From an uncultured Methanomicrobiales archaeon (GTDB lineage Archaea; Halobacteriota; Methanomicrobia; Methanomicrobiales; Methanospirillaceae), in NCBI GenBank assembly GCA_963697895.1, contig OY969100.1, forward strand, positions 384,001-448,000: DNA of 64,000 nucleotides, read 5' to 3'. Made by a program: the position numbers and the translations under genes. Below, piece after piece: positions 29,562 through 39,691 of the stretch; within the stretch, counting starts at the first letter, position 1, and each line of letters begins with the position of its first letter. The notes beneath the pieces were generated by a model. That model had not been told where the DNA came from, searched no databases, and saw only the letters and a program-made list of their open reading frames with translations.

Positions 29562-31061
29562 TTACTTCCCTGCTTTGATACGCCTGTTCATAATACAGGG
29601 ACCACCCCATACGCCACCTATCGGGTTTCTGGGTTTCCCAAGGGAATTCATGCATCTACCCATCAGAGCTGCGCCCCGGGCGAGACCATCATCGACAAAT
29701 ACGAGGTGATTGTTTGGATCTTCGAATAGGTGCCGCTCGGTAAGACCTTCAAGGATGTATTCGGGTTTTCTTCCGGAGATTGCTGCTCTTCCGGTGAACC
29801 CGATCGATGAGTGGGGAAAGACAAGACGCTCAACAACCGCGATGTCCACGAGCCTCAGTGCCATCCGTGCACATACACGGTCTATCACATCGTTGAGAAG
29901 ACCGAGGCCGTATTTCTGATAGATCTCTGTACCGATCTCCCTCAGATCTGTGAGCCCGCTGCCATCCACTCCAGCGTCACAGCCGATGAGTGCTACTCCT
30001 GACTCCTTCGCAACATCAGCGTAAACCGGAACCCGACCGAATCTCCGGCGCTCGGGAGGAACAATCCGGATATCGATGAACTGGTGACAGGCATCAACAT
30101 ACCCGGCGACGACCGAGCTCTTCTGTTTCAGAGAAAATTCACCGACGATACTTCGGTCACCGAAGATATCGAGGGCCGTCCCCGTCCGACCATCCACCAG
30201 ACCAGTCCCCCTCACGATCGCATCAGGGATCGCCCCGGCAAGACCACAAAAATTACCGATTGTCTTAGCGAACGGATTCGGATCGTCCGGTTCTACGTCA
30301 CTCGTGATACGGCCGTCAAGGGTGGTTCCGAAATCTATGGAAATGCAGGGGTTCCGGAAATCGATCGGGGTCCATTTTGCACCTTCTTTGATTCCGGCCA
30401 TCGCGAGTTCTCCCTCCATCTCGTTTGCCACCATCTCGACCCCTGTGCTGCCGACGGGTGGTACCACCCCTGCAACCGCGCCGATGAAGACGACCTTATC
30501 GGCAAAGCTGTAGGGCTGGAGTTTTTGCGGCTGATTTGCCTTTGACATGGGAGGGGTCATCTTCCGTGGCGGCACACCTGCAAGGAGGCAGCCGTTCGCG
30601 AGTGCCAGGACAAACATCCCCACCTGATCGGGGGAATCCATTGCGGCAACAACGCCTGTGCTTCTCACAACGAAATCCAGGTCCTTCTCGATATCGAGAT
30701 GGGCTTCCCGGTGGCATTCTATGAGGGTATCACGGACCAGTTCGGTGACGGACTGCTTGGTCAGTTTGGTTCCGTCCAGGGTTTCTCCGAAGATCTCCTC
30801 CCCCGGTTTTGGCTTCCGGACATCCCGGCTCATCTTCACGGTCTTGTTGATAACGTAACACATTCCGGTCTCCAGATTTACCCCGGTGAGGATGCATTTC
30901 GTTGTCGTGTTCCCCATCTCGACGGAAGCAACGATAAAATACGGCTTGATCTTGTATTCCGGGATGACCAACCCGGGACCGTGTGCAATGGACGGCGGAG
31001 GCGGACTTTCGACAATATGAGGAGTTGGTTTAAAAAAGCGGTCGAAAAACCGTGCACACAT
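29562..31061 (-). CDS. Methanogenesis marker protein 14 (ASKHA-like)
   Basis: VASVEMGNTTTKCIL, DFVVRSTGV, ANEMEGEL, IDFGTTL, GFTGRA, FVDDGLARGAA. Confidence 0.88.
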   Translation of the reverse strand: MCARFFDRFFKPTPHIVESPPPPSIAHGPGLVIPEYKIKPYFIVASVEMGNTTTKCILTGVNLETGMCYVINKTVKMSRDVRKPKPGEEIFGETLDGTKLTKQSVTELVRDTLIECHREAHLDIEKDLDFVVRSTGVVAAMDSPDQVGMFVLALANGCLLAGVPPRKMTPPMSKANQPQKLQPYSFADKVVFIGAVAGVVPPVGSTGVEMVANEMEGELAMAGIKEGAKWTPIDFRNPCISIDFGTTLDGRITSDVEPDDPNPFAKTIGNFCGLAGAIPDAIVRGTGLVDGRTGTALDIFGDRSIVGEFSLKQKSSVVAGYVDACHQFIDIRIVPPERRRFGRVPVYADVAKESGVALIGCDAGVDGSGLTDLREIGTEIYQKYGLGLLNDVIDRVCARMALRLVDIAVVERLVFPHSSIGFTGRAAISGRKPEYILEGLTERHLFEDPNNHLVFVDDGLARGAALMGRCMNSLGKPRNPIGGVWGGPCIMNRRIKAGK

Positions 31062-31306
31062 ATGATCGAATTTCTGGCTGTATCACCATATATCTTTCGA
31101 TTTCGGCGAATTTTCTGCTGGGATGGATTGGACACCATATCCTGGGTCCATTTCCATGATCTTCCAATGAGTAGTGAACATACCCTTGAAGAGACGATCA
31201 TGGCGGGATAACTATATCGAATGACCTGAAAGACACCTGAACCGGAAAATTCCTGCATGAATGATCGCATTTTTTAACCTTACAACCAGAAATCATTTTC
31301 AATCAC

Positions 31307-31558
31307 ATGGGAAATCGTTCACGGAGCAAGCTGGTCATCACCCTGCTGATCCTCATACTGACCATGGCCGGGCTGGCCCTGTTCGGACTCATGCTGATGA
31401 TATCGGTCGATCCAACGGCAAGCGGTCCCGGATATGATATCGTCCGGTGGATGGAACAGGTAATCCCCCCGTATGTTTTTGGTCTGAAAGAGTGGATCGA
31501 ATATATCTTCCAGCAATTGCAGCAGTTCATTCAGGGCATTGTTCCCGGAAACGGTTAA
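31307..31558 (+). CDS. Small membrane protein, hypothetical
   Basis: Basic N-terminus, one hydrophobic helix, amphipathic C-terminal helix. Confidence 0.6.
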   Translation: MGNRSRSKLVITLLILILTMAGLALFGLMLMISVDPTASGPGYDIVRWMEQVIPPYVFGLKEWIEYIFQQLQQFIQGIVPGNG

Positions 31559-31635
31559 AGAAGACGGGGGATGATAACGATTACCGGGGATTCATTTCAG
31601 TTAATACCATTAGATAACGTGATAATTCTGCATAA

Positions 31636-32403
31636 TTACGACGACTTTCTGTGGACAGACGACATATCTACAAGCCGGCGGGCAAGGTGCATGATAGCCG
31701 TGCGGGCAGGATTATCTGCCGGGATATCTGTGATAGGGGTCCCGGCAAGGTCGGCCCCTAATATTCCGCGATCTTCAGGGATCAGTCCGATGACGGGGAT
31801 CTGACCGGTAATATCAGCCGATTCTCCCCGATAGCGGTTGAATACGAGAAAGATTTTCCGATCTTCGATTCCGAGAGCGCGTGCGATCTCCCGGATACGG
31901 TCTGCCGTCCGGATCCCGCGGACACCGGGGTCGCTTACAATTAGCAGGATATCGGGTTTCCCGATCGTACCCCTGCTGATATGTTCCATTCCGGCCTCGG
32001 AATCGATCACGATGAAGCGGTACTCGCGTTCCAGTGAATGCATAGCGACCTGGAGAAGGTCGTTCGCAAAACAATAACACCCCATTCCCTCCGGACGACC
32101 CATGGCGATCAGGTCGAAACCTGACGATTCAACCAGCACCTGCCTGAACCGAAACCGGATATAATCGGTCCGTGACATTCCCGACGGGATCTGCTTTGTG
32201 AACGCCTCTTCACGCATGCTCCCGAGCGTCTCCCGTACCTCGACTCCGAGTGCTTCATGAAGATTTGCATTGGGGTCGGCATCCACCGCGAGAATTGGTG
32301 TTTCATCGAGATCGACGAATGATCTGATGAGAAGTGCGCTGATCGTCGTCTTACCGGTTCCACCCTTTCCCGAGACGGCGATAATGAACGGTATCTCCAT
32401 CAC
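31636..32403 (-). CDS. cooC: CooC/AcsF-type nickel-insertion ATPase
   Basis: SGKGGTGKTT, DADPN, GRPEGMGCYC (CxC), DSEAGMEH. Confidence 0.9.
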   Translation of the reverse strand: MMEIPFIIAVSGKGGTGKTTISALLIRSFVDLDETPILAVDADPNANLHEALGVEVRETLGSMREEAFTKQIPSGMSRTDYIRFRFRQVLVESSGFDLIAMGRPEGMGCYCFANDLLQVAMHSLEREYRFIVIDSEAGMEHISRGTIGKPDILLIVSDPGVRGIRTADRIREIARALGIEDRKIFLVFNRYRGESADITGQIPVIGLIPEDRGILGADLAGTPITDIPADNPARTAIMHLARRLVDMSSVHRKSS

Positions 32404-33431
32404 TGTAGCATCCTGATTCGTCGGGAGAGATCTGATGCCGCCTGCATGATCCTTTCCGCGCCGTTCTCATCTGCAAACCGGATCCCGCAGCTTGGCGTGA
32501 TCAGCGACCTGCTGTCCAGGATCCGGGGTGGGATATATTCGGTCACGCTTCTCCGGAGATCGATATACCGTTGATAAAGTGATTCCATATTCTCACCGGA
32601 GAATACCCTCTCGTCCGCAGGAACTATTCCCCACGCGATGATCCCGCCTCGTTCCAGATATGCCGCGAGCGCTTCCCGGTAGAGAAGAAACTCCCGGCTA
32701 TGCTCATATGCATCGAAAGATATGACCGAAGGGTTGAGTGACATCACAAACTCCCAGTCGGTATTGGAGCAGCAATGTATTCCGAGGCCGCCATCGACCA
32801 TTCCGGAGATCTCATCCCAGCCTGTGCGCACCATATCGATATCAATCGTGATGACCGATGAACCAAGCGCAGCAAAATATGGTTCATTCAACACGATAAG
32901 GGTCTCTGCAACCCCTGTCTTCATCCTCATCTGCGTCTCACACCAGAGTGCCCGCAGCGCGATCATCTTGGGGAGGACATCCGCAAATTGTGGATCATAT
33001 GCAATGGGTTTTCGATCCCCGTCCACCACCTGCATACCAAATGTAACCGGCCCGGTAATCTGGCACTTGAGGCCATAAGCATCAGGAAACCGGTATCGCA
33101 TCATCGCATGAAATCCCGATCCATAATCGACAGAGATCCCGTACGGTTCGCAGTTTTTCTCGAGAAAATCGATGTAAATCTGCTCCATTTCCGCGGAAAG
33201 ATCGGACGAACGATCTACGAGGAGTCGGTCCTCACGGATAATACGCCCCGGAAGCTTCTCGGAATCATTAAATACAATACTTTCGAGGACGCTCCGGTTG
33301 GGAAGGGTCGGAACATACGGAAAGTCCGGATAGATACGCAGGACAGATTGGCAGGCTTCCTCGGGGTCGAGGTGAGGAACGGCGCCGATCCCTGTTGCCC
33401 GACTTTCCGGGGGGGGGAGCATTCGTGACAT
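32400..33431 (-). CDS. Folate-independent core methionine synthase (methylcobamide:homocysteine methyltransferase, MesB-like)
   Basis: TGIGAVPH, KCQITGPVT, GIHCC, FDAY, IAWGIVP, LITPSCG (Zn ligands HxC...C); single MetE C-terminal-like barrel, 343 aa. Confidence 0.78.
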   Translation of the reverse strand: MSRMLPPPESRATGIGAVPHLDPEEACQSVLRIYPDFPYVPTLPNRSVLESIVFNDSEKLPGRIIREDRLLVDRSSDLSAEMEQIYIDFLEKNCEPYGISVDYGSGFHAMMRYRFPDAYGLKCQITGPVTFGMQVVDGDRKPIAYDPQFADVLPKMIALRALWCETQMRMKTGVAETLIVLNEPYFAALGSSVITIDIDMVRTGWDEISGMVDGGLGIHCCSNTDWEFVMSLNPSVISFDAYEHSREFLLYREALAAYLERGGIIAWGIVPADERVFSGENMESLYQRYIDLRRSVTEYIPPRILDSRSLITPSCGIRFADENGAERIMQAASDLSRRIRMLQ

Positions 33432-33434
33432 CTA

Positions 33435-35336
33435 TCATTCCCTCCGGATCCTGCATTCATCGAGCATCTTCTCAACCATCGGGAAGAGAGAAAGATCAGT
33501 ATGGGGGAGGAATGCACTGCCGGTATATTCATCCATGAATGCAGGTTCGGCATTCAGCTCGATATATGCGATACCCCTGGCGATGTCGTCCAGAACTTTA
33601 CGCTTTTTCCGGTTGATCAATGCGATATTGGCCCCTTCGATTGCGCCGTTCCCGATCGTATGGATACGATCAATCGGTACTTCAGGGATCAGCCCGATGA
33701 TGATCGCATTTTCCTTATTGATATAGTTCCCGAACGCCCCCGAGAAATAGATCGTGGCGATATCCTGACGGGTGATGCCTGCCTGCTTCATCAGAGTTAT
33801 ACAAGCTGCGAGAATGGACGCTTTACTCATGATCAGGTTCTTCACGTCATTTTCCGTGATAACGATGTCCTTCCCGATCCCGGTCTCCTCTTTCCATGCA
33901 ACGACGAATTCCGGGAAATGCGCTCCCTGCCGCACCCGCTCGTGTTCGATTGTCGTATTGATCCTTCCATTCCTGTCTATGATACAGCTGCGCAACAATT
34001 CGGCCAGGAGGTCTATCAATCCCGAACCGCATATCCCCCGTGGAGGAATATGGTTGATCGTCCGGTAGACGGGGGTCAGGGTGAGGAGATCCAGGGTGAT
34101 CTGTTCGATCGCCCCCGGATTCGCACGCATCCCAAAGAGGACCTCGCCTCCTTCCAGAGCCGGGCCCGCGGCTCCGGCACAGGAGAACATCCATTCCTTG
34201 TTCCCCAGCACCACCTCGAAATTCGTCCCGATATCGATGAGAAGGGCAATTTCATCACGTTCTGCCATGCCGCATGCAAGAATATCGGCAATGATATCCC
34301 CCCCGATAAAATCGCTCACCGCAGGAAAGATAAAAACCCCGGCGTCATCGGCGACGGAGATGCCCACCCGGGAGGCAGCGGTGGTGAGGTAACGCCTGAC
34401 CACCGGAACATATGGCTCTTCGATCATGTACGCCGGATCTATTCCCATGAGGATATGGGTCATGATGGTATTGCCGGCAATAACGACTTCGTAGATATCA
34501 TCGGTATCAATTGCACCGGCATTCGCGGCAGCCCGGATGGCAGTATTGACGCTCTCCGCAGCAAGTGCCTGGAGTTTATCGAGCCCCTCTCTCCGTGCAT
34601 AGTTGACCCGGGAAAGGATATCTTCGCCGGTACCGATCTGCCGGTTGTAGTTGGATGCAACCCCGACGACCCGTCCGTCGACCAGGCTCCGTATGTAGGC
34701 GACGATGGTGGTCGTGCCGAGGTCGACCGCAACTCCGAACAGATTTGTGGAAGTATCCCCTTTTTCCAGTTCGATCAGGCGGTATCCTCCTGGCACGAAT
34801 GCGACTGTTGCGGTCACGCGCCAGGCGCTCTCCCGCAGCACACGCGGTATCCGCTGGAGCACTTCGAGCGGGACATAGATCTTTTCGGCAACGGGTCCAC
34901 CTTTCTTCTCGATCCCCCAGAGGAGCCTTGTAAGATCAGGGGATGGATCATCCAGGGAGGGAGGGGTTAAAGCCAGGGCGAATTTCCAGACCGACGGATT
35001 CAGTGTTGTTTCGATGCCAAGCCCTTCGATCAGGATCTTCTGTTCCTGGATAAGCGAGGTCTCCGGCACCAGCACCTGCACGTCATCCTCGATCACCGTC
35101 TTGCACGCCAGGCATGCTCCCTTATCCAGTTCTTCGTCGGTAAAAAATTTACCGAATGCCCCACGGTCGAACGAGGCGATGCCGGTCTTTAGGTATACGA
35201 TACATTTTCCGCATTTTCCCTGCCCGCCACAGACCACATTCATGTGAAGACCGGCAGCCTGGGCAGCCTCGAGTATGGTCTTCCCTCTGTCGACCGTGAC
35301 TTTCCGGAAATTCGGGAGGAATGTGACAACGGGCAT
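33435..35336 (-). CDS. acsV: Reductive activator of CoFeSP (RACo/AcsV; 2Fe-2S plus ASKHA domains)
   Basis: CGGQGKCGKC...CLAC, DLGTTT, DIGTNFE, AAGPALEG, GICGSGLID, GAFG. Confidence 0.9.
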   Translation of the reverse strand: MPVVTFLPNFRKVTVDRGKTILEAAQAAGLHMNVVCGGQGKCGKCIVYLKTGIASFDRGAFGKFFTDEELDKGACLACKTVIEDDVQVLVPETSLIQEQKILIEGLGIETTLNPSVWKFALALTPPSLDDPSPDLTRLLWGIEKKGGPVAEKIYVPLEVLQRIPRVLRESAWRVTATVAFVPGGYRLIELEKGDTSTNLFGVAVDLGTTTIVAYIRSLVDGRVVGVASNYNRQIGTGEDILSRVNYARREGLDKLQALAAESVNTAIRAAANAGAIDTDDIYEVVIAGNTIMTHILMGIDPAYMIEEPYVPVVRRYLTTAASRVGISVADDAGVFIFPAVSDFIGGDIIADILACGMAERDEIALLIDIGTNFEVVLGNKEWMFSCAGAAGPALEGGEVLFGMRANPGAIEQITLDLLTLTPVYRTINHIPPRGICGSGLIDLLAELLRSCIIDRNGRINTTIEHERVRQGAHFPEFVVAWKEETGIGKDIVITENDVKNLIMSKASILAACITLMKQAGITRQDIATIYFSGAFGNYINKENAIIIGLIPEVPIDRIHTIGNGAIEGANIALINRKKRKVLDDIARGIAYIELNAEPAFMDEYTGSAFLPHTDLSLFPMVEKMLDECRIRRE

Positions 35337-36671
35337 CTACCGTTTCCACTCCTTTTCCAGAAACTCCCCGATCTCTGCTGCATCGCGGGGTCCGACCAGC
35401 ACCTTCCAGCCGGTAACCTCTTCTATCCTTCCGCTGATCGGGGCAGCATAACCTGGGATGATAAGTGTCCGATGCGAGACGAGCGATTCGACCCCGAATT
35501 TCTGGAGAGATTCTTTGACCAGGGTCTCTGAGAGTTTGCCGGCTGCAACTGCAGTCAGTACAGAAAGGCCCTCTGTATCGACGATGAGCATGAAACAGGG
35601 AACACGTGACGATTCGAGATAGCCCTGAAGGGTGAAAAAGGTGAGAGAGAAGTTGACTGTCATGAGAACGGGCGAATCCGGGCCGGGGACGCCCACCCGG
35701 TATATTCCGGGCGTCATCTGGATCGGTTTCTGCGGATCGGTATATACATTCTGCCGGAGTGTCAATGCAGCCTGGGTTGAGGCGGGAGAAAGGTCATCCG
35801 CCACGATCACCGATGCGTACTTGAGTATACCGAGCGCAATCGCCGCATCACGGGTTTGGATCCTGGTCGTGTCGAGGAAGATCGGATACCCGAGATCCGG
35901 GGATTCTCTTGTTATCGCCAGCTGGCGGGTCGCCGTTGCGGATCTGATATATTCCCCGAGTGTCGAGGGGGAACTGTCGAGGACCAGGTGCATTATCCCT
36001 TCATCCGAACATTTTCGCGCAAGTTCGGCGACTTCGCTAAGGCCGTTTCCTTTTATCGCAAGAGGACATCCATATTTTTTCGCAAGCCGACAGCACTCAC
36101 TGTAGGTATCCGGAGTAGCAGCATGAAGCAATGGCCGGTAATTACCGCAGAGCGTCAGGCCCGCTTCGAGCACCGCGGGATCTGTGGCCATTAGGACCTC
36201 AGGAAGGTCTGCATTCCCCTCCACGATCGCGACCGCTTTTCGGAATAATTCTTCAGACCCGCTGTCATTTCTGATCGCAACACCGTTAAACCGGAGATCG
36301 GCTCCGACGCGGACGAATCGCTCGTCACGGACCCGTTCTGTTACCCTTTTAATCTGTTCCGAAGTCCAGTTGTCAGAGATTGCGATAATGATCCCCGGTT
36401 CATGGTAGAAGGTCTTTTCGTGCCTGTACAGGAAAAACTCATTGCCCACCCGAAAGGATCGTTCGCCGACCCCGATCTTGACGAGCTGTACTGGCGGTCG
36501 GGTTGAGGCGCCGAGTATCTTTTTTGCATGTTCATCCAGGTACGGACATTTCTCTACTTCGCCCTTTCCACCGGCAAGTTTCATGGCGAAGGTGAGGCAG
36601 GTCGGTTCACCACATTCCTTGCAGTTTTTCCGGGGGAGGAGCTTATATATATCGAGGGCTTTAAGGACCAT
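35337..36671 (-). CDS. acsC: Corrinoid iron-sulfur protein large subunit (AcsC/CdhE)
   Basis: LPRKNCKECGEPTCLTFA...CP, YRHEKTF, LRQNVYTDPQKP, NFSLT, GLSVLTA, VGPRDA. Confidence 0.93.
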   Translation of the reverse strand: MVLKALDIYKLLPRKNCKECGEPTCLTFAMKLAGGKGEVEKCPYLDEHAKKILGASTRPPVQLVKIGVGERSFRVGNEFFLYRHEKTFYHEPGIIIAISDNWTSEQIKRVTERVRDERFVRVGADLRFNGVAIRNDSGSEELFRKAVAIVEGNADLPEVLMATDPAVLEAGLTLCGNYRPLLHAATPDTYSECCRLAKKYGCPLAIKGNGLSEVAELARKCSDEGIMHLVLDSSPSTLGEYIRSATATRQLAITRESPDLGYPIFLDTTRIQTRDAAIALGILKYASVIVADDLSPASTQAALTLRQNVYTDPQKPIQMTPGIYRVGVPGPDSPVLMTVNFSLTFFTLQGYLESSRVPCFMLIVDTEGLSVLTAVAAGKLSETLVKESLQKFGVESLVSHRTLIIPGYAAPISGRIEEVTGWKVLVGPRDAAEIGEFLEKEWKR

Positions 36672-36677
36672 CGCAGA

Positions 36678-37631
36678 TCACCCTTCTCCTGCGATTTCTC
36701 CGCGGAGTGTCCTGAACGCCTCTTTCAATAGCGGGACGGTTCGCGGATGACGGACACACACGATTGCGGCCCCCGCGACGGCTGCTGAAAAGCAGCAGTA
36801 AAATTCCCACATCACAGCCATATCGTCCTGAAGATCAGGAGAAGCATCCCTGACCTCCTTAATATTCAGCGAGTCGATCGGGGAACTGATCATCGGCATC
36901 GCCAGATCCTGATCTCCCTTCAGGGCGGCAAACCGGATCCGCTCCATCACTGAATAGGAATATTCGAATCCATACCCCAGTGCGCCGGTATAGGGGTCAA
37001 TAAGAATATGATCGGCCGGGACTCCGATCTCGCGGAGCAGGATATTCAGTTGTTTCGCGAGGTTGATATCGATCGGGGACTGTGCAATAACCGAATGATC
37101 ATATGCCAGCGCAGATGCTGCAATGCTGCGGTATCGTTCGGCTTCCGCGGTTCCGAGAAGAAGCCGTTCTCCTTCTCCTGCCTCCCCACACCGTTGGAAT
37201 ACCTCGCTGTCGATTGACGGGTCATTACTTCCCTCGATGATCAGGGGAAGTCCGGTTCCCGAAAGAGTATCCTCTACAGCCCTCGTTACCGAGGGGAAAT
37301 CGGAAAAATCCCTCTGTCGGGTGCCGGTCAGGTATAGCCTGACCAGATCTGCTCCATATTGTTGTTCCGCCGATTTTGACCATCCTTTTAGATCATGTAC
37401 CAGATCACCGACCGCCCCGGTGGCGATGGGTGACCAGAGCGTGGGATCGTCACAGATCTCAAAAGCAACGAGCGGTTGATCCCCGGGTGTCACTTCCCCG
37501 GAGAAGGGAAGGTCATTGTCCCCTCCGATATGGTACGTGACCGTTCTTGTGCCCCCATCCGACGGTGATGCTCCCAGTACGACTTCCCCGATCTTTCCGG
37601 TCCAGTCGAATTTTGCTGTCAGCGTTGTCAT
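36678..37631 (-). CDS. acsD: Corrinoid iron-sulfur protein small subunit (AcsD/CdhD)
   Basis: GKIGEVVLG, SPIDINLAKQLN, IDPYTGALGYGFEYSYSVMERIR, RHP. Confidence 0.93.
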   Translation of the reverse strand: MTTLTAKFDWTGKIGEVVLGASPSDGGTRTVTYHIGGDNDLPFSGEVTPGDQPLVAFEICDDPTLWSPIATGAVGDLVHDLKGWSKSAEQQYGADLVRLYLTGTRQRDFSDFPSVTRAVEDTLSGTGLPLIIEGSNDPSIDSEVFQRCGEAGEGERLLLGTAEAERYRSIAASALAYDHSVIAQSPIDINLAKQLNILLREIGVPADHILIDPYTGALGYGFEYSYSVMERIRFAALKGDQDLAMPMISSPIDSLNIKEVRDASPDLQDDMAVMWEFYCCFSAAVAGAAIVCVRHPRTVPLLKEAFRTLRGEIAGEG

Positions 37632-37648
37632 ATCCCTCCCACCGCCGA

Positions 37649-39691
37649 TCAGATAAGGGGACGCAGTTTCAGGGCGGGGTGTTCGACCTTCACCAGGAAT
37701 GCGGCGAGTTCTTCTACCGTCGTGGCCTGGGTCTCGTCGGCGATCTGGGAAAAAAGCCCCGGGAGACCACGTTCTGCCAGCTTCTTCCGGAGTGACACCT
37801 CGAGTTCCTCTTTCAGCGCAGCCGGCATCCAGACGAGCCGTTCTATGCCACCTTCGGCCTGGAGAAACCGATCACTCAGGATGAAGTTCTTTGATATTCC
37901 TGCGAAACCGGGGGTCTGTGCTCCTCCTCCGATCGTGCCTGCCAGAGTGGAGAATGACATGCCTGACGGTGTCTGGCCTTTGAACTCCCGGTTCACTACC
38001 ATGATACCATTCACTTCAGGCAGTATCAGGGCGATGCACTCGAAGCACCCGCAACATGTCATGGGATATTCCATTACGCTATACAGGGAACAGCGATCGA
38101 CCTCCCCATGGGATGCCTTCTTCACGAACCTGTTCACCCCTTCGAACTCCCCGCGAACCGCATCGATGACCGCTCCCTTCTCAATAGGCTGGTTTGCCCC
38201 CGCAGGGGAGATCTCATAGGCAATCTTTCCATCGAGCCAGCTGATCGCCCCACAAAGAGCCGTTCGTTCGGGGGTGATCACGCAGACATGATTGGGCGCA
38301 AAGGTCTGGCAGAGGGTGCAGGAATAATAGATGTTCACATCCGCATCTCTCATCCCCTGGATACGCCGGTCTCTCTCTGCATAGATCTCCTCGGCCGCCT
38401 TTTTTTCCTGCACCACCTGAACCGGGTCGGTGATCAGGGTCACCTGAACTGCCTCGATCAGGTCGGGAAAGTCGATCCGGAACTTGGCAGCGAGGAGGTC
38501 CCCGAGGTGTCGTATCCGGACCCCGTTCGCGACCGCTTCCTTGGATAGGCGGACCCAGATAAGGTCACGCTGGGCGACGTGCCATGATCCTTCCCCGTAG
38601 TTGATGAAATTATGGATCCGGCGTTCGAGGACCGGTTCGTAATCTTTCCGCATATTTTTTCCGGCAACATCGACCAGAATCCCAAGCGGCACTGCGGACC
38701 CCTCCTTGATCTCTTCGATCTCGGGTCCGACAACCTCTACCCGTCCGTCCTGCACTTCGGTCGATTGTTTCATCCGAAGGATTTCAAAAGCCGGAGAACG
38801 ACCTCCACCAAATTCAACATACATCTCCTCTTTCCTGATACTCTTCCCTTCAAACGCAGGAGAGCAGCCCATCGGAATGGGGATTGCGGTGACTTTGACC
38901 CGGATATCTTTTAATTCCATTCCCCGGCTGACCGCTTCATCGTGTGTGGTTGGGATCCAGTCTTTTCCATCGTAATCACCCAGGGAAAGAATCGGCATGC
39001 CGAGAACACGGAGCGAATCGACGAAAGCGAGGGATTCTTCATCCAGCCCCGGAAAAACAATTGCAAAGGCCTTCGCACGCTGTTCTGAAGCATACTTCAG
39101 GAGTCGCTCACTGTCGCCCGGAGGTACGCCCCCGAACATCATGGCGACCCTGACGATGATATCCACAAAATGAATGCCTTTAATGGGCGTAGATCCCAGC
39201 GGTATGAGCCGGTAATCGATTCCGACCTTCACACCTGCTTCACGGAGTACCGGTATCACTCCTCCGGTGAGGAAGGTGAGCATATATTTTTCCTGGAGTT
39301 CCCTGCAGATCCCTGCGGCGACGCCGGCCGATGGGGGAGTACCGATGACAAGGGCGAGCCCGAGGATACTCCCATCCACCAGTGAATACCCGAGTTTCCG
39401 AAGAATTGCATCGCCGATAAAACCCGTGTATGGTTCAGGTTCGCGACCCTGCTGCGTCTCACGGTACACCTCGAGAATCTCTGCCCCAACGAGGGTATTC
39501 TCTCCGGATAACCCGTACGCTTCACGGGCACTCACCGCATCATGCACATCTCTCCCTGTTAGCGCATATATGATGGGAAGATGGTATGCGGTCTCATCGT
39601 AGCCGAAAGTCCCGGAAATTTTCCCTATCTCTTCTTTCAGGATTAAATTTCCTTTCCGGACTGCAGTATCTATATTGGTCACACAGTACAC
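37649..39691 (-). CDS. acsB: Acetyl-CoA synthase, bacterial-type (AcsB) with N-terminal domain
   Basis: A-cluster ligands CTLCQTFAPNHVCVITPERTALCG and PMTCCGCFE; N-terminal TAYHLPIIYALTG and DAILRKLGYSLVDG; GTG start. Confidence 0.92.
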   Translation of the reverse strand: MYCVTNIDTAVRKGNLILKEEIGKISGTFGYDETAYHLPIIYALTGRDVHDAVSAREAYGLSGENTLVGAEILEVYRETQQGREPEPYTGFIGDAILRKLGYSLVDGSILGLALVIGTPPSAGVAAGICRELQEKYMLTFLTGGVIPVLREAGVKVGIDYRLIPLGSTPIKGIHFVDIIVRVAMMFGGVPPGDSERLLKYASEQRAKAFAIVFPGLDEESLAFVDSLRVLGMPILSLGDYDGKDWIPTTHDEAVSRGMELKDIRVKVTAIPIPMGCSPAFEGKSIRKEEMYVEFGGGRSPAFEILRMKQSTEVQDGRVEVVGPEIEEIKEGSAVPLGILVDVAGKNMRKDYEPVLERRIHNFINYGEGSWHVAQRDLIWVRLSKEAVANGVRIRHLGDLLAAKFRIDFPDLIEAVQVTLITDPVQVVQEKKAAEEIYAERDRRIQGMRDADVNIYYSCTLCQTFAPNHVCVITPERTALCGAISWLDGKIAYEISPAGANQPIEKGAVIDAVRGEFEGVNRFVKKASHGEVDRCSLYSVMEYPMTCCGCFECIALILPEVNGIMVVNREFKGQTPSGMSFSTLAGTIGGGAQTPGFAGISKNFILSDRFLQAEGGIERLVWMPAALKEELEVSLRKKLAERGLPGLFSQIADETQATTVEELAAFLVKVEHPALKLRPLI

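Noticed and set aside
33501-34970. 489-aa + strand ORF
   Set aside because: Antisense shadow of the RACo gene with no recognisable motifs; the same applies to 18414-19454, 54454-55299 and 59714-60709.
31636-39691. Evidence for autotrophic or acetoclastic CODH/ACS
   Set aside because: No CODH subunit or pterin methyltransferase in the cluster; the rest of the genome is unseen.
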